Source: the human T2T-CHM13v2.0 reference genome, Homo sapiens. From it: 64,000 nucleotides of DNA. Location of the stretch: assembly GCF_009914755.1 (NCBI RefSeq), contig NC_060935.1; one strand, 5' to 3'. The position numbers were made by a program, and so were the translations under genes. Numbering within the stretch: position 1 is the stretch's first letter; every line of letters begins with the position of its first letter. Below the pieces are notes generated by a model. It was not told the DNA's origin. It saw only the letters and a list, made by a program, of their open reading frames with translations, and ran no database searches. Below are positions 1 through 14,004 of the stretch, piece after piece.

Positions 1-129
1 CGGAAAGACCAAGAGTTTCAGCAACGCTGCATAATCTGTGCATCTCAATTCAGATCGGACATTTTTGAACTTATGGTTTAAACATATTTGATCTATGTGA
101 ATTCATTACAATTATTACTATTATCTATG

Positions 130-372
130 TTCAAATTGTCACACCTGTGGAAATTTCCCCTCTGGTACCTTCTTTATGTTTTTTACCATACTGAGTCCTA
201 TTGATTTGACCATAATTACCTTCGCAAGCATCCTTGCTATCTGATATGACAAGATATTTCAGACTCATCTTGGATATATCCTGTCCCACAGCCAAAATGA
301 GCCATTTCTTCAAGGAGCCCTTCAACTATTAATGGGAAATGCTATTTGGAGACGATAATCTGTGTTCACAGA
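130..372 (-). mobile_element. Old L1 (L1MC4/L1MC5-like) 3' UTR fragment
   Basis: 'aagatatttcagactcatcttgg...gccatttcttcaaggagccc...aatgctatttggagac' resembles the recalled L1MC4/5 3' UTR; boundaries approximate. Confidence 0.55.
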
Positions 373-849
373 GTATAGTTGACTTTTATGGCCTAGAAAT
401 ATATTATCTTAATTATCAGTTCATGTGAAGGATAATCTTTTTGCTCAGTAGAGGTCTTGTCATACCTAACAAATGGTGTATTTCTAGCATGGTAATAATT
501 AAAACTGTGATTTACAAATTTAAATTTGTTAATAAGGAAGATAGATTCTTTTCGAACTTATGTAAGTAAATACCTGATTAGCAAAGTAAAGGAACTTAGT
601 AAAAGCCCTTAATGTAACATTTACAAATTATTATCTTTGATACATAAAGACAACAAATCAATGCCAAAATTTTCTACAAAATTTGTATATTTTTGATGAT
701 TTATTAGCTTATAATCTACATTAAGATATTTCCTGGGAAATTTTGTCTTAAATTTTAGGAACAAAGGCATACTTTAAGTAACAAGGCAATTAATACACAT
801 TTAAGATCTTTATTAAATTCAGAGTTCAGTCATTCTTATTGTATGCTAA

Positions 850-1035
850 TCAGAGGCATGGATTTTGAGACAGACAGACCTAGGTTTGCCACTGATTGTG
901 ACATTGGAAAAATTACTAAAATCTTCCTTTATTATTTTAAAATCCTCACTCAAATGAAAAGATTTTAAAAGGTAATGTTTTCTAAGCTCTTTGTACAATG
1001 GCTAGTATATCACAGAACAATAATTAATGGTACCT
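850..1035. mobile_element. MIR fragment
   Basis: 'gcatggattttgagacagacagacctaggttt...tgtgacattggaaaa' matches the MIR core; highly diverged. Confidence 0.5.
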
Positions 1036-1155
1036 TATACCTACTAGTGGCTGTGAAAGCAAGACTCAGAGACAAAAGTATTGAGAAAAGAAGAAATTTA
1101 TTCTGCACTAATAATTTGTAGAAGACTGAACTTCAAGAGGAGATGGCAAAATCGA

Positions 1156-1276
1156 AAGGAAGGGAGAAAGGAAAAAAGAAAAGGAAAGAGCGAAAGAAAA
1201 GAAGGAAGGAAGGAAGGAAAGAAAGAAAGAGAGAGAGAAAGATAAAGGAAGGAACCTAGAAGGAAGAAAAGAAGGA
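1156..1276 (+). repeat. Polypurine (GAAA/GGAA/GA) simple repeat
   Basis: ~120 bp almost entirely G/A; flanked by direct repeat aaaatcga (1148-1155, 1277-1284). Confidence 0.9.
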
Positions 1277-1954
1277 AAAATCGATGTTTAAATTTAAAAA
1301 ATTGCAAAATTACCAAGGTTATAAAGTTTCCATTATTAATCAGTTTATTCTGGAAACACAGCAACTTTCTCAGAAGATGCACATTGACAAAAGTCATGAC
1401 ATATTTTTAGATAGCATTGCAAAGTGAGAGATAAAATTGGTTTTTGGTAGAAGTCCAGGCTTGAATAAAATTCTCCAAGTATTTGAGGAGCCAGAACTAG
1501 GACAAAACTACGCTTTGTAATTTTGTTTTATTTTTTGGGCAGAGTGGCTGTTCTGCGTGTAAAACAATGATCAGAAACCAAAATCAACCAATTCACTTCT
1601 AACAGACTTTTTATCTGTAGTATGTATAATTTAAAATATCCTCCTTTGAAATTCCTGTGTTAATATTCTCGACTGACAGAAAGTGGCATTCATCATAACT
1701 GTTATCTAGGATTCTATTTTGAATATTTCAGAGAGCCTAATACAAATCACAAATTACCACAACCATAAGGCCTACTAGGCTAAATATAATTTCATGTGTC
1801 TTAGTAGGATGTTACAACTGGTTATCAAAATAGCTCCTGGATCTTCATTACAACCTTTTGAATGCTAAACAATTGAGGGAACTCAGGTGAAACATAGATG
1901 ATTTCTAAGGTCCCTTCTAGCTCTAACATTCCATACCTTCTCAGCTTTAGGTTT

Positions 1955-2150
1955 CTAATACAGCATACATATAATATACATGCATAGGATCTATAGGATA
2001 CATACATATATGTATGTATTATGCTATATTGTATATATGTGTATATATGTATATAAACAGCATATACAATATATACCATATATAGTATATATACAGCATA
2101 TATACATACATATATATTGTATGTATATAGCCATATTATGCTATATACCT
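1955..2150. repeat. TA/CATA-rich low-complexity tract
   Basis: Alternating purine-pyrimidine AT-rich tract with a perfect 22-bp palindrome atacatacatatatgtatgtat at 1998-2019. Confidence 0.9.
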
Positions 2151-5100
2151 GCTAATACACATAATGCAGCTTAACCACGGTATAGCTGAGGAGATTTGCA
2201 GGAAATTCAACTCACTTGCACTCTAAGTAGACACATCACTCAGTAGTTCTATAGTGAATTATTTAGCATATCTTGAAACTTTTTACAGTTTTCTTCATTC
2301 AGTAGAGCACATCAACTTCACTTAGTTGTCCTTATTTCATTCTAGTTTCAACTAGGGATCATAATTTAACCTTAGCTGCCTCAGAGTTATTTCATATTGC
2401 ATTCCTCTTTTCATGGAACATTGCAGAACATAATAAGAAAGCCTGTGAGTAAAAATTTCAAAGCAACTTGACATCCAGGAACAAACCTTTTCCTTGCCCT
2501 CAGGCACACACACAGGCGTGTATATACACACAAGTACCCCAGAGATTTTTTTTGTCATATTTATTCTTAGGGTGCTAGGTCAAAAGGAAGGCTATGCCTA
2601 GGTAAAGAGGAAGCATTTTATTTTCTTACTCTAGTTTAAGATTTGCCTACCAAACTAAGGTTTTGTCTCTTGAGTAACCTTTTCTAATTACTGGCATTCA
2701 TTTAAATAAACATCTAGTCTAGCTCTTTAGTTCTAAGGAAGCTTGTGTAAAGTATAATCCATTGTCAGTATATGACCCAAATTACAGCATAGTAGATAAT
2801 ACTAGATATTATGCACAATTACCTGTTGGCTATCAATACCACACCTCAAGTTAATGTTAATGTTAATGTTTGTCAAACTTATCCCCTTTCCTTGTTACTC
2901 CTTCATGCGTACAAACTAAGAAGAGATGAATAAGGTAAGAGTACAGTAAAAAAATGATCAATTTTCACATGATATTTACAGGTTTTTTGTGGCACTTGAT
3001 AATTTAAGATTAATAAAATTGAAATGGTCACTAGCCCAACTCTAGTCTGTGCTAGAGCTGCTCAGCATACCTATACTAAAAATAATTTTCATCTTTAAAC
3101 ATGGTCTTTGCTGGTATAAAAATTGAGGTCTATTTCAACAGACAAATATTTTACATGGTGACCTCCCCTAAATTCAACAACAATAAAATTCTGTCAGTAT
3201 TCAACATTTTACAGTTTTTACTTTTTTTCTCTCTCATGATTTTTAGTACTTCTATTTTTCCTGGTTTTGTCACATAAAGAAAACTAGATTATCTCTACTT
3301 GTAATTGCTGAAGTCAACTCAGACACCAAGCATCGTTGCTTTGACAGCTATAGATAGTATGTTTTTCTTCAGGAAGAGCTTACAAGATGGGAAAGAGAAG
3401 ACAGTAACATTCATCCCTCATTCTCCTGGGCTCATTACTCATGTAGCCATTTATTTATATGAGAAAAATGACATTTTCTGTGCATCCAACAACTTGTGTA
3501 CCTTGCTTGTAATGACAAAACTGTGGAAAAATACTACCTGTTTATCATTATTAAACATGCCAAGAACTGCAGTGACATTCTATTGACACTAAGTCATATA
3601 CTCCTGGTATTTAACTGCTTTAGTCCTAATGACTCATCAAGCTGATATTAAATATAATTAAGGACAGTGAACTGCAAGTTCCCCACACCAAAATTCTTGA
3701 TCTAAGAGACAGGACACCATCACTCCAGTGTACTTCTCACACAATTACACCTCTATATCTTTGGAGACTTTTGCTGATAGTAAAAACCCAGTTTTTTTCC
3801 TACTAAAGTCTTTCCAAGTCTGTGATCATGGCAGAGCCGAATGGACATGAGTGATTCTCTTCTTCCTTCATGAAAAAGACCTTGCCTTAGACATGGAATG
3901 AAAGGACATATGAAAAAAATGGAGGTGCTGATTTGTGTTTTGCAGAGCCAAGAGTCGGCTCAATTCTTATCTTCTCTGATTGTAGTGCCAAAAGAAAATA
4001 CTAAAATAATAGAGAAACAATATAAAGCCCTAAAGATATGCCAACCAATTTACAGACCAAATAACTCTATTTAATCATATATACCAATTGAGATGTCCAC
4101 ATTCATATATAGATTATACCAATTGGTGCTGCATGTGGTTAAACAAATCCTGAATATAAGAAGATACATGAAGGACAAAGGAATCAGACTTACATTAAGG
4201 TATCTTTTTCAGAAAACATGTTTGTTATAATTCATTTTAATAGAAGTTTATTTTTATTGCCAAGATAATGTAAAAATATTTATTTAGTCAACCAACATTA
4301 AGTATGAGAAGCTATTGTAAATTCTGGTAAAATACGTTAGTGAATAAAAAGAACGAAATCTCCTTGCATGGACTTGACTTTCTAGTGAGGAAAGACTAAT
4401 GATAAGTAAATAAATGTGTAAATATATGGAATATATTAGACTTACCAAACTCTCTGGACTTCACAAAATATTTGCAAAGTCCTTCTATGTTTCTAGCATA
4501 TTCTTATTTTTTGAATTGATGTAAGCCCAAAAGCCTGATGCCACTTAACATATCTCTTAGGACTTCTGTGCTTTAACAAATATCTACTGTTAGCACTGCA
4601 TGATTTCATAATTCTGATAATCAATTATTCACACTAGTACCTACAGAGAAGCCCATGGTCATCTCTTTCTACACTTCTGATTAACCTCATATTTGAGAGT
4701 TGGGTGGAGTACATCCAATAATAGCGATCCCTACAAAGTGAAAGTACAGTAAGAGGGACATAAAAGTATAATGAGAAATTGTAACCAAGAGGATGAGACT
4801 CACAGATCGATACTTAATCACCTTAAGGAAACTACACAATTAATCACTTGCTCAAATAAAATAAGAGTTTAAGCTAAGTAGTTTCATTTTATCTACAAGA
4901 AACCCCAAAAATTTAGCCTAAAAACAAATCAATCCAAAACAATGTAAACAAAGTACAGATTATTTTTAAATAAATTTTTGTTTTGCTTAAAATATGTTTA
5001 ATATTAGTGCCTAGACCAAAATTATGATTCTAAAAATAGTTATTATATTTTAAATTGATTTAATTATTTGATTTGAACACATTTTATTGAGGAGTGTTAT

Positions 5101-5349
5101 GTTAGCAGTGTGGGCAAATAAAAATAAAAAGCACTTTCTCGGCTATCAGAAACACGTGAGATAGAATAAGATTTAAAAATTAACATATGTCTACATGCAA
5201 ATTCTAAGTGCCATATCACAGTGCAAAATGCTAGGAAAGTGAAGAGTGGGTACTATCATTTTTCATTGCCTTGTTGAAGAAGGTAGACTTTGAGATTAGG
5301 TTTATGATATTGGTAGGAACTGTCCAAGAGATAACTTTTCTATAAAACT

Positions 5350-5932
5350 TGTTTTAGTTTTCTATTGTCTTGTAACACATTATTCCAAGCACAGTGACTT
5401 AAAACATCACACACATTTTTTTAATCTCACCTTTTCTATGGATTGGGAGTTTGGACAAGACCCCTATGGGCCCTCTTCTTAGGGGTCTTAAATGCATACA
5501 ATCAACATGTTATTTGTGTTCTCATCTGGAGGTTACACTAGAAAAGAATCCAGTTCCAAGCTTATTAAGACTGTTGGCGGAATTCATTTCTTTGTGGTTT
5601 TATGACTGAGGTCCCAAGATTTTGTTGGCTACAGGCTGGAGGCTGCCCTCAGATTCTAGAGGCCAACTGCAGTTCTTTGCTATAAGGGGGTATCCATTTG
5701 TCACATCTACTAAAATAGATCTAACATAACATAACAACATAACATAACATAACATAACATAACATAACATAACATAACATAACATAACATAACATAATCA
5801 TGGGAGTGATGACCGATCTGGTTTTCCGTATTGTAAGCATTAGAAGCAAGGTCCAGCTTGCACCAAAGGAAAGGTATTAGGCAACAGGAAATGAGATATC
5901 ACTGGGGGTCACATTAGGATTTATTTGTCACA
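5350..5932 (-). mobile_element. MLT1 (MaLR) solo LTR, MLT1D/E-like
   Basis: Starts tgttttagttttctattgtc...cacagtgacttaaaaca, ends ...tttgtcaca; contains the MLT1 motifs 'ttggcggaattcatttctttgtgg' and 'gactgaggtccc'. Confidence 0.7.
5722..5797 (+). repeat. (AACAT)n pentanucleotide microsatellite inside MLT1
   Basis: About 15 near-perfect AACAT units. Confidence 0.95.
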
Positions 5933-6785
5933 GCAACAAATGACTCCCTAAATTGAAGTAATTTGCAATTCATTTCTTGCTTATGTCACATTTTGGTGTC
6001 TACAGCAACTACTGTGATGCCATTACAAATATCTTATCATCCCAAGACTCAAGCTAAAAGTGAAGTTCCTCTTTTGGAGATATCACTTGTGCAGCAGAAG
6101 GAAAAGAGACATGATTGAGATTGATTATTCCTTTTAAAACAACTGCTCAGATGAGTTCATCCACATGTCACCAATCGGAAAACATCACATAACAGTAAGA
6201 AGAAACATACAATTCTCTTGACAGTGAAAGGAAGAACAACCATCTGGGAACAACAGAACAATCTACCAGACTTTGAAATAAAGATACTGGGGAAGGTTTC
6301 ATGGTAGTCATAGAACTGAAAATTCATGCAGCATGTATAAAATATTCAAATGTTTCCAAGTAGAAGAAATCTATTCAATATACATTTAAAATTTCAGTTG
6401 GTTTGAACCTTTATACTTTCACCATTTTTATGTTCTTACATTATAGTTGACCATCACAAACCACCGTTCAAATATTAATTTTTTTAAAAACTCATCTGCT
6501 GATGAAGAAACTTTCATAATTTTGAATAGAAGTACTGCCTATTAATGACAAATAGGAATCTAAATGATATTGCAATCTTTGTTTAGCAGCATTTACCTAT
6601 GCAAAATTTAAATATTTGTTATTTTAAGGCTTTATATAAAATAACAAAATTAGTGTAATTTTTGTTTTAAGATTTTATAAATTTAGTATAGTTAAAACCA
6701 AAAAAATTCATACAACTGGAAATGCCGACTAGGCTTTCAATGTGAAGATTAATAAAAAAGTTCAAAGTGTAAAGAATGCACTTAA

Positions 6786-7106
<321 letters not shown>

Positions 7107-7198
7107 TCAATTATTTCCTTTCTATAGTTCAGGTCTTCAGGACCTGTACACACTCCCCAAATTATAATTTGTTTGATTGACTTTTTATACCCATAATT

Positions 7199-8216
7199 TG
7201 TAGGGAAAAGAGAGATCAGACTGTTACTGTATCTATGTAGAAAGGAAAGACATGAGAGTCCATTTTGAAAAAGACCTGTACTTTAAACAATTGCTTTGCT
7301 AAGATGTTGTTAATTTGTAGCTTTGCCCCAGCCACTTTGACTCAGCCACTTTGAACCAACCTGGAGCTCACAAAAGCATGTGTTGTATAAAATCAAGGTT
7401 TAAGGGACCTAGGGCTGTGCAGGACATGCCTTGTTAACAAAATGTTTACAGGCAGTATACTTGATAAAAGTCATCGCCATTCTCTAGTCTCAATAAACCA
7501 GGGGCACAATGCACTGTGGAAAGCCACAGGGACCTCTGCCCTTGAAAGCGGGGTATTGTCCAAGGTTTCTCCCCATGTGATAGTCTGAAATATGGCCTCG
7601 TGGGATGAGAAAGACCTGACTGTCCCCAAGCCCCACACCTGTAAAGGGTCTGTGCTGAGGTGGATTAATAAAAGAGGAAAGCCTCTTGCAGTTGAGATAG
7701 AGGAAGGCCACTGTCTCCTGCCTGTCCCTGGGAACTGAATGTCTCGGTATAAAACCCGATTGTACATTTGTTCAATTCTGAGATAGGAGAAAAACTGCCC
7801 TGTGGTGGGAGGCGAGACATGTTTGCAGCAACGCTGCCTTGTTATTCTTTACTCCACTGAGATGTTTGGGTGGAGAGAAACATAAATCTGGCCTATGTGC
7901 ACATCCAGGCATAGTACCTTCCCTTGAACTTAATTATGACATAGATTCTTTTGCTCACATGTTTTTTGCTGACCTTCTCCTTATTATCACCCTGCTCTCC
8001 TACTATATTCCTTTTTGCTGAAATAATGAAAATAATAATCAATAAAAACTGAGGGAACTCAGAGGCCGGTGCAGGTCCTTGGTATGCTGAGCGCCAGTCC
8101 CCTGGGCCCACTGTTGTTTCTCTATACTTTGTCTCTGTGTCTTATTTCTTTTCTCAGTCTCTCATCCCACCCGACCAGAAATACCCATAGTTGTGGAGGG
8201 GAAGGTCACCCCTTCA
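7199..8216 (+). mobile_element. HERV-K (HML-2) solo LTR, LTR5A type
   Basis: TG...CA termini; start tgtagggaaaagagagatcagactgttactg; LTR5A-type 'cattttgaaaaagacctgtactttaaacaattgc'; TATA-like gtataaaa near 7747; AATAAA at 8041; 5-bp TSD taatt (7194-7198, 8217-8221); 1018 bp. Confidence 0.93.
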
Positions 8217-8224
8217 TAATTAAA

Positions 8225-8400
8225 GTATTCATTTGCTTATTCAACAAATACTTAGAGAATATCTAGTATGCAGTATTCATTGCTCTAGATTCTAGGGATA
8301 GGATATTTTAAAACATTTTAAAATTTCAGATTTTTTGGAGCATAATGTTTTGTAGTAAAAGACAGTAAGTGTCTAATTAGAATATATCAGATAATGTCAA
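8225..8400 (-). mobile_element. L2 3' end fragment
   Basis: 'attcatttgcttattcaacaaatacttagag...ctagattctagggata' is typical of the L2 3' terminus. Confidence 0.55.
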
Positions 8401-9609
8401 TTTATAAGAAAAATATAAAATGTGAAAATGGATAGGAAAAGTTGGAAGTAATTGGAATTTTATGTAAGGGTAAATATAAAAGGACGTAATAAAAAAATAT
8501 GGCATATGAGTAAAGACCTTACTGAGGTAATAGGGAAGACCATTCCAATATTTAGGGGAGAAAGACGCACTGCAAAGGGTTCAGTGAGTGCGATATTATA
8601 TGATGAGATGCTAGTAGAAAATCAACAGGTGCTCTTAGACCCAAATTGTATAAAATGAATTGAAGCTTTTGATGTGGAACAAATAAAACCTATCCACTCG
8701 GAAAAAGTATCTGGCAGTAACATATGAGATGTTGTCACAGTAGGGCAGAATCAGAAAACCCAGCTATAGAATTTTCATAGAAGTTTTTGGTAATCTGGGC
8801 AAGAGATAAAAAGTGATAGCAAACACTGTCAAATAGGTGCTGAAAACTTTTGCTCCCTTTTTTCTTCTGAACAACCAACTTTGTTGCCATGTTTCCTTCT
8901 TTCCATCCCTTAATTGAAGAGAAGATGGCCCTATCCCTAACTCAAGGGTTAAATCCTGATTTATTAACTTAAGAATGGCAGGTCTTTTCCTTCTGCTAGT
9001 AAATTAATTTAGTAGTGAAAATGTGACCTAATTGTGGGAAATAGCATTGAGAAAACTTTCTTGAGAATTTCTGGTTAATGTTTTTACATTAGTAAAATAT
9101 ACAGAAGGAAGTGTCCTTGTCAGTAATATTTTTCTAGATATTCCTGTATCTTGGAATTCCCAATACATTTTCTATTTATTATGGGACAAAGTCTTATGTA
9201 TATAAATCTTAACACAGAGTGAATCCTGGACATAAAAGCTGAAAGACACTACATATTTGTTGATTTCACTGCGATGCTGAATTCAGCAACCTTGAGATTG
9301 TCACAATTTAAGGCTTCATTTAAATTACCTTATAATAATTTCTTACTGCTAAAACCACTGGATTTTAGATATTTCTCTTGTTATAGTTTAAAGTTTTCTG
9401 AGTAAAACTTAAGGGAAGTAGTAAGACCATAACATGGAGTAAGACTAGGGATAAACAGAATGGACATTAAGATAATTTACTGGAAGCTTTCCATTTAACA
9501 GACATTATTCTGAGTACTTGACAACAATAAATTCATCTAATCCTCACAACTACCCTGAGAAATAAGCTAAATTTACTCCAGAATATAAGCTCTATTTTTC
9601 TTGGTATCA

Positions 9610-10035
9610 AGCTGGTATCAAGCTGTTGCTAGAAAATGGCTGACCTTAGAGGAGTTACATTTCCCAGGCTCCCTTGCAGCTAGGGCTTGTGATGTATTTT
9701 CATCAATGCCATGTGAATTGAATTGATGAGGTACCTTTCCAGGACTGACTCACAAAAACCTTGCACACGGTGCTGCATTATGGCTTTTTTCCACTTCCAG
9801 GTGGCTGACTTGGAAAATAAATGTTGACATCAGCAAAGCCACCAATATCCTTGTATTTGTGAATGCCAGCATGGGGGAGAGAGTATCCTTGGCAACTTGC
9901 TAACAGACTCTAAGTTCTTGCTAAGTTCTTTAACAAGAGCAAGAAATGAGCTTTTATTGAGTAAGGAATAATGTACTATTGTATGCGGATCTTTATATAT
10001 TTTTTGCTCTATATGACATAGCCATTCTCTAATTG
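9610..10035 (+). mobile_element. MLT1 (H/I/J-like) LTR fragment
   Basis: 'tacatttcccaggctcccttgcagctaggg...atgtgaa' MLT1 core; ends '...gagcaagaaatgagcttttattg'. Confidence 0.55.
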
Positions 10036-11769
10036 GAGGCATGGAAACTGAAATCTGTGTGCATGCACATGGAAGTCTGCATGTGTGTGTGAATATCTGC
10101 CTGTATGTGAGAATGCACAATCCTGGTTGGATTTTGGTACTGAGATAATATTAGAATAAAATAATTGGGTACTTTTTTTTAATGTTTCCTTTCTTCTGGA
10201 GCCCTTTAAATGGCCATGGGGCTTAATATTTTCAGAATATTTTGTAGAAATCTCATATTAAATGGCCTGTTGATAATTTTATTTCTATTTGTAAGCATTG
10301 TTCTATCTAGATTTGATATCTTTTTGAAGATTGATTTTGATGTTTTGTTTTTTCATGGTGCTCAGTCATTGCAAAAAAAAATTGTCTAGATGTGAACATA
10401 ATAGTCTCATATGATGTCTTCCTGTGTGTGGTTAGACATTATCTTTGAAGATAATTTTTGCTGTTGTTGTTCCTTCTATTTTTGGGAATGGGTTATCTCT
10501 TAATTTATTAGTTCTATCACTTTTTGTTTTGTTATTCATTAATGTCAGCATTTACATTTGTTAAAATCAGATCATTCTACTTTTCCAATGCCTAATTATA
10601 TTTTTAGTGTCTTGGATTTGATTTTTTCATAATAAAAATATATACAGCTTTTAGTTTCTCTTAAAAACCCTTTTATCTATATCTCATCTATTTTAACATG
10701 TAACTTTTTAAATTACCCTATTTCAATTTGGATTTCCTTTTTGATATAACAAGTTGTTTAAAATAGTTTTATTTGTTTTTTTTCTTATAGCATCATATCA
10801 TCATTATTTGGTATTAACCTCAAGTTTTATTACATTGTTATCCATAGCATTTCACTACTATTAAAATCAGTAAAGTTATCTTCCTATCAATTCTAATGGG
10901 TGCTAAAGAGATTCAAATGTTTCCTTTGAGAGTGTTAAAGTGTTCTATGTTTTTTAGTGTTTTTATTTTCTTAAAATTGGTCTCTCTAGTTATGTCCCAC
11001 TATTTAATGTAGGATAATGCATTATTGGTCAAAGTAGTAGTTAGATAGAATTGAAAAATCCATCATCTATGTAGACCATATACTCACTTCTCTGAAACTT
11101 AATTTCTCCATCTACTAAATCATGGTAATAATATCACTTTATATTATAGTTATATAGATTTGGGAACTATATTGTATATCTGTTTTCTGTAGCTATATTG
11201 TATAAATATATTGTACAACTGTTTTGTGAGCTATATGGTATACAATAGGCACTCCATATAATTTAGATATTGTCTCCTGTAGCCTATTCAGATTGAATAT
11301 CCCAAGCTTTTCTCTATTTCATTCCTTTCCTGATTTTAGCCCAAGGTCAAAAATGACATCCTTCTCTATTTAGGCAGAGGTGTTAAGAGGGTATACCTAG
11401 CCTGCCAGTGGATTAAAAACATTTGTTTTTTACCCAGGAATAAATGTTGCATATTTTGTGACAAGCAATAATGATTACAACATAGATATCTTAACATAAA
11501 TTAAAATGCCTTAAGATACCAAAATGCAAATCACCCCCAAAAATAAAAAATTCAGCACCCAAAGGTATATATTTCTAATAAGAATCCCAAATTAGTTATG
11601 GCTAATCTGACCACAGACTTGCTGGCAGAATCAGAACTTTTCCTAGCAAGTACAAGTTTGTCATTTAAGAAGACAGACACACACTAAATAACCCAAGGTG
11701 TTTTAAAAATATCAATGCCCAAGTAATTCTAAGATGCTCCCAGGTTTGAGAATCATTGAAATAGTGTTT

Positions 11770-11945
11770 CATTTATTCTAAGCAAAACTCAGTGAGGTCA
11801 TTATTATATCCAGTTTTCAGATGAGGAAAGTGAAAGTCAGAGGAGACAGCATTGTTCAAAGTCATATAAACTACTGGCTTAAAGCTGAGAGTTAAACTCC
11901 AGGGATTTACTCTAGAACCTCTCAAGTGGACGGTCTTTCCCGTAC
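11770..11945. mobile_element. MIR fragment
   Basis: 'gtgaggtcattattatatccagttttcagatgaggaaagtgaaagtcagagg' MIR core. Confidence 0.65.
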
Positions 11946-12930
11946 TCTAGAAGTATATTGAGAAACCTTGACCTTGAAGTAATTTAGAAATGAATTACTA
12001 TCTGAAAGGTGAAATAAGTGCAGAATTAACTAGAACACGAAAATACAAAGCCATTTTAAAAATAAATGCAAACTAGGACTCCAAAGCTGGCAATAATTGA
12101 ATACAGATTGGATAGACATTCTAGTATACTAAAAAATGAAGGGGGATTTTTCTTCAGCCACCAAAAAATATAGCCACAGAAATAAACTTTGTGCCTATCT
12201 CAGTACATTCAAGGAGAGGATCCACTGGCTCTCCAGGTTCACATAAAGGAGATAGACATAGTCAGGGATACAGGAAAATGTTGCCAGCTTATTTTAGTCT
12301 TGTGAGTGATGTAAATAAAACCAACAAAATATGATCATAAGATCTTTCTTTTATATACAAAATTTTTTCTTTATATATACAATGTAATTTATATCCAATA
12401 GTAATTTCTTTCAAATCTGTTGAATCATTTAGGTAGTATATAATGCTTGCTCCTCTTGAAAATTCCACTATATTTTATCAGTGTATAAATTGTCTTTCTA
12501 GTATACATATCAGAATGTTTTACTTTTGTTATTTTGAGTGTCGCATGTCTGTTCTACTGAGTCCCTCATAACTAATAAATATTGTTTTATTTCTCTCTGT
12601 TACAATATTCTGAAACTTTCTCTTACTTTTATGTCATACAATCGATATTAGTACAGCATAGTGGCATCATTTTAACTTTTCTGTCATAAGTGTATTGCAT
12701 AAGCCTGAAGAGACTGAATAATATTCATTCTCATTAACCCAATGTAATGAAATTATTCTCTTTTCACCTATGAAAATGACAAATATCTTAATTAAATCAA
12801 AGACTCATTGTTGGTGAGGATGCAGTGAAATGGGCACTCATAAGCTTTTAGTGGCAGTGCAGCTTGATAGACTTTCTCTAGAAATGAGTTTGGCTGCAGG
12901 TATAATAGATTTTAAATAGAGCTTCTGCCA

Positions 12931-13703
12931 TTTTATTTTATTTTATTTTATTTTATTTTACTTTAAGTTCCAGGATACAAGTACAGAATGTGTAGACTTG
13001 TTACATAGGTCTACGTATGCCATAGTTGTTTTTGCTGCATCTATCAACACATCATCTAGGTTTTAAGCCCCATATGCATTAACTATTTGTCCTAGTGCTC
13101 TCCCTCCCCTCCACCCCTCCGAGCCCAGGAATGGCCCTGGTGTGTGTTGTCCACCTCCTTGTGTCCATGTGTTCTCACTGTTCAACTCACACTTATATGT
13201 AAGAACATGTGGTGCTTGGTTTTCTGTTCATGTGTTAGTTTGCTGAGGATGATGGCTTCCAGTTTCATCCATGTCCCTTCAAAGGATATGTTCTCATTCA
13301 TTTTTATGGCTGCATAGTATTGCATGGTATATATGTACCACATTTTCTTTATCCAGTCTATCATTGATGGGTATTGGGGTTGGTTCCATGCCTTTGCTAT
13401 TGTAAATAGTGCTGCAATAAACATACGTGTGCATGTGTCTTTATAGTAGAATTATTTGTTTTCCTTTCGGTATATACCCAGTAATGGGATTGCTGGGTCA
13501 AATGGTATTTCTGGTTCTAGATCCTTGAGGAATCACCACACTGACTTCCACAATGGTTGAACTAATTTACATTCCCACCAACAGTGTAAAAGCATTCCTA
13601 GTTCTCCACAGCCTCGCCAGCATCTATTGTTTCCTGACATTTTAATAATCACCATTTTGACGTTGTGAGATGATATCTCATTGCAGTTTTGATTTGCATT
13701 TTC
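12931..13703 (-). mobile_element. L1PA8-like 3' end (5'-truncated LINE-1)
   Basis: (TTTTA)n tail, L1PA 3' UTR with 'ggttttaagccccatatgcatta'; ORF track gives the ORF2 C-terminus MFIAALFTIAKAWNQP...WMKLEAIILSKL. Confidence 0.85.
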
Positions 13704-14004
13704 TTTTTTTAAATTTTTTTTATTATATTTTAAGTTCTGGAATACGTGTGCAGAACGTGCAGGTTTGTTATATAGATATACACGTGCCATGGTGGTTTGC
13801 TGCACCCATCAAGCCGTCATCTACATTAGGTATTTCTCCTAATGCTATCCCTCCCCTAGCCCCTCACCCACACAACAGGCCCCAGTGTGTGATGTTTCCC
13901 TCCCTGGGTCCATGTGTTCTCATTGTTCAACTCCCACTTATGAGTGAGAACATGTGGTTTTCTGTTCTTGTATTAGTTTGCTGAGAATGATGGTTTCCAG
14001 CTTC
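13704..14004 (-). mobile_element. L1PA7-like 3' end (~300 bp) directly abutting the L1PA8-like piece
   Basis: Own T-rich tail, then 'taagttctggaatacgtgtgcagaacgtgcagg...catctacattaggtatttctcctaatgctatccctcccctagccc'. Confidence 0.85.

Noticed and set aside
1-60. Three CpGs in the first 60 bp as a foreign, vector or adaptor junction
   Set aside because: No recognisable vector or adaptor sequence; too short and at the window edge
7471-8266. ORFs in LTR5A as HERV-K rec/np9/env remnants
   Set aside because: They lie wholly within a solo LTR bounded by its TSD; no internal proviral sequence is present
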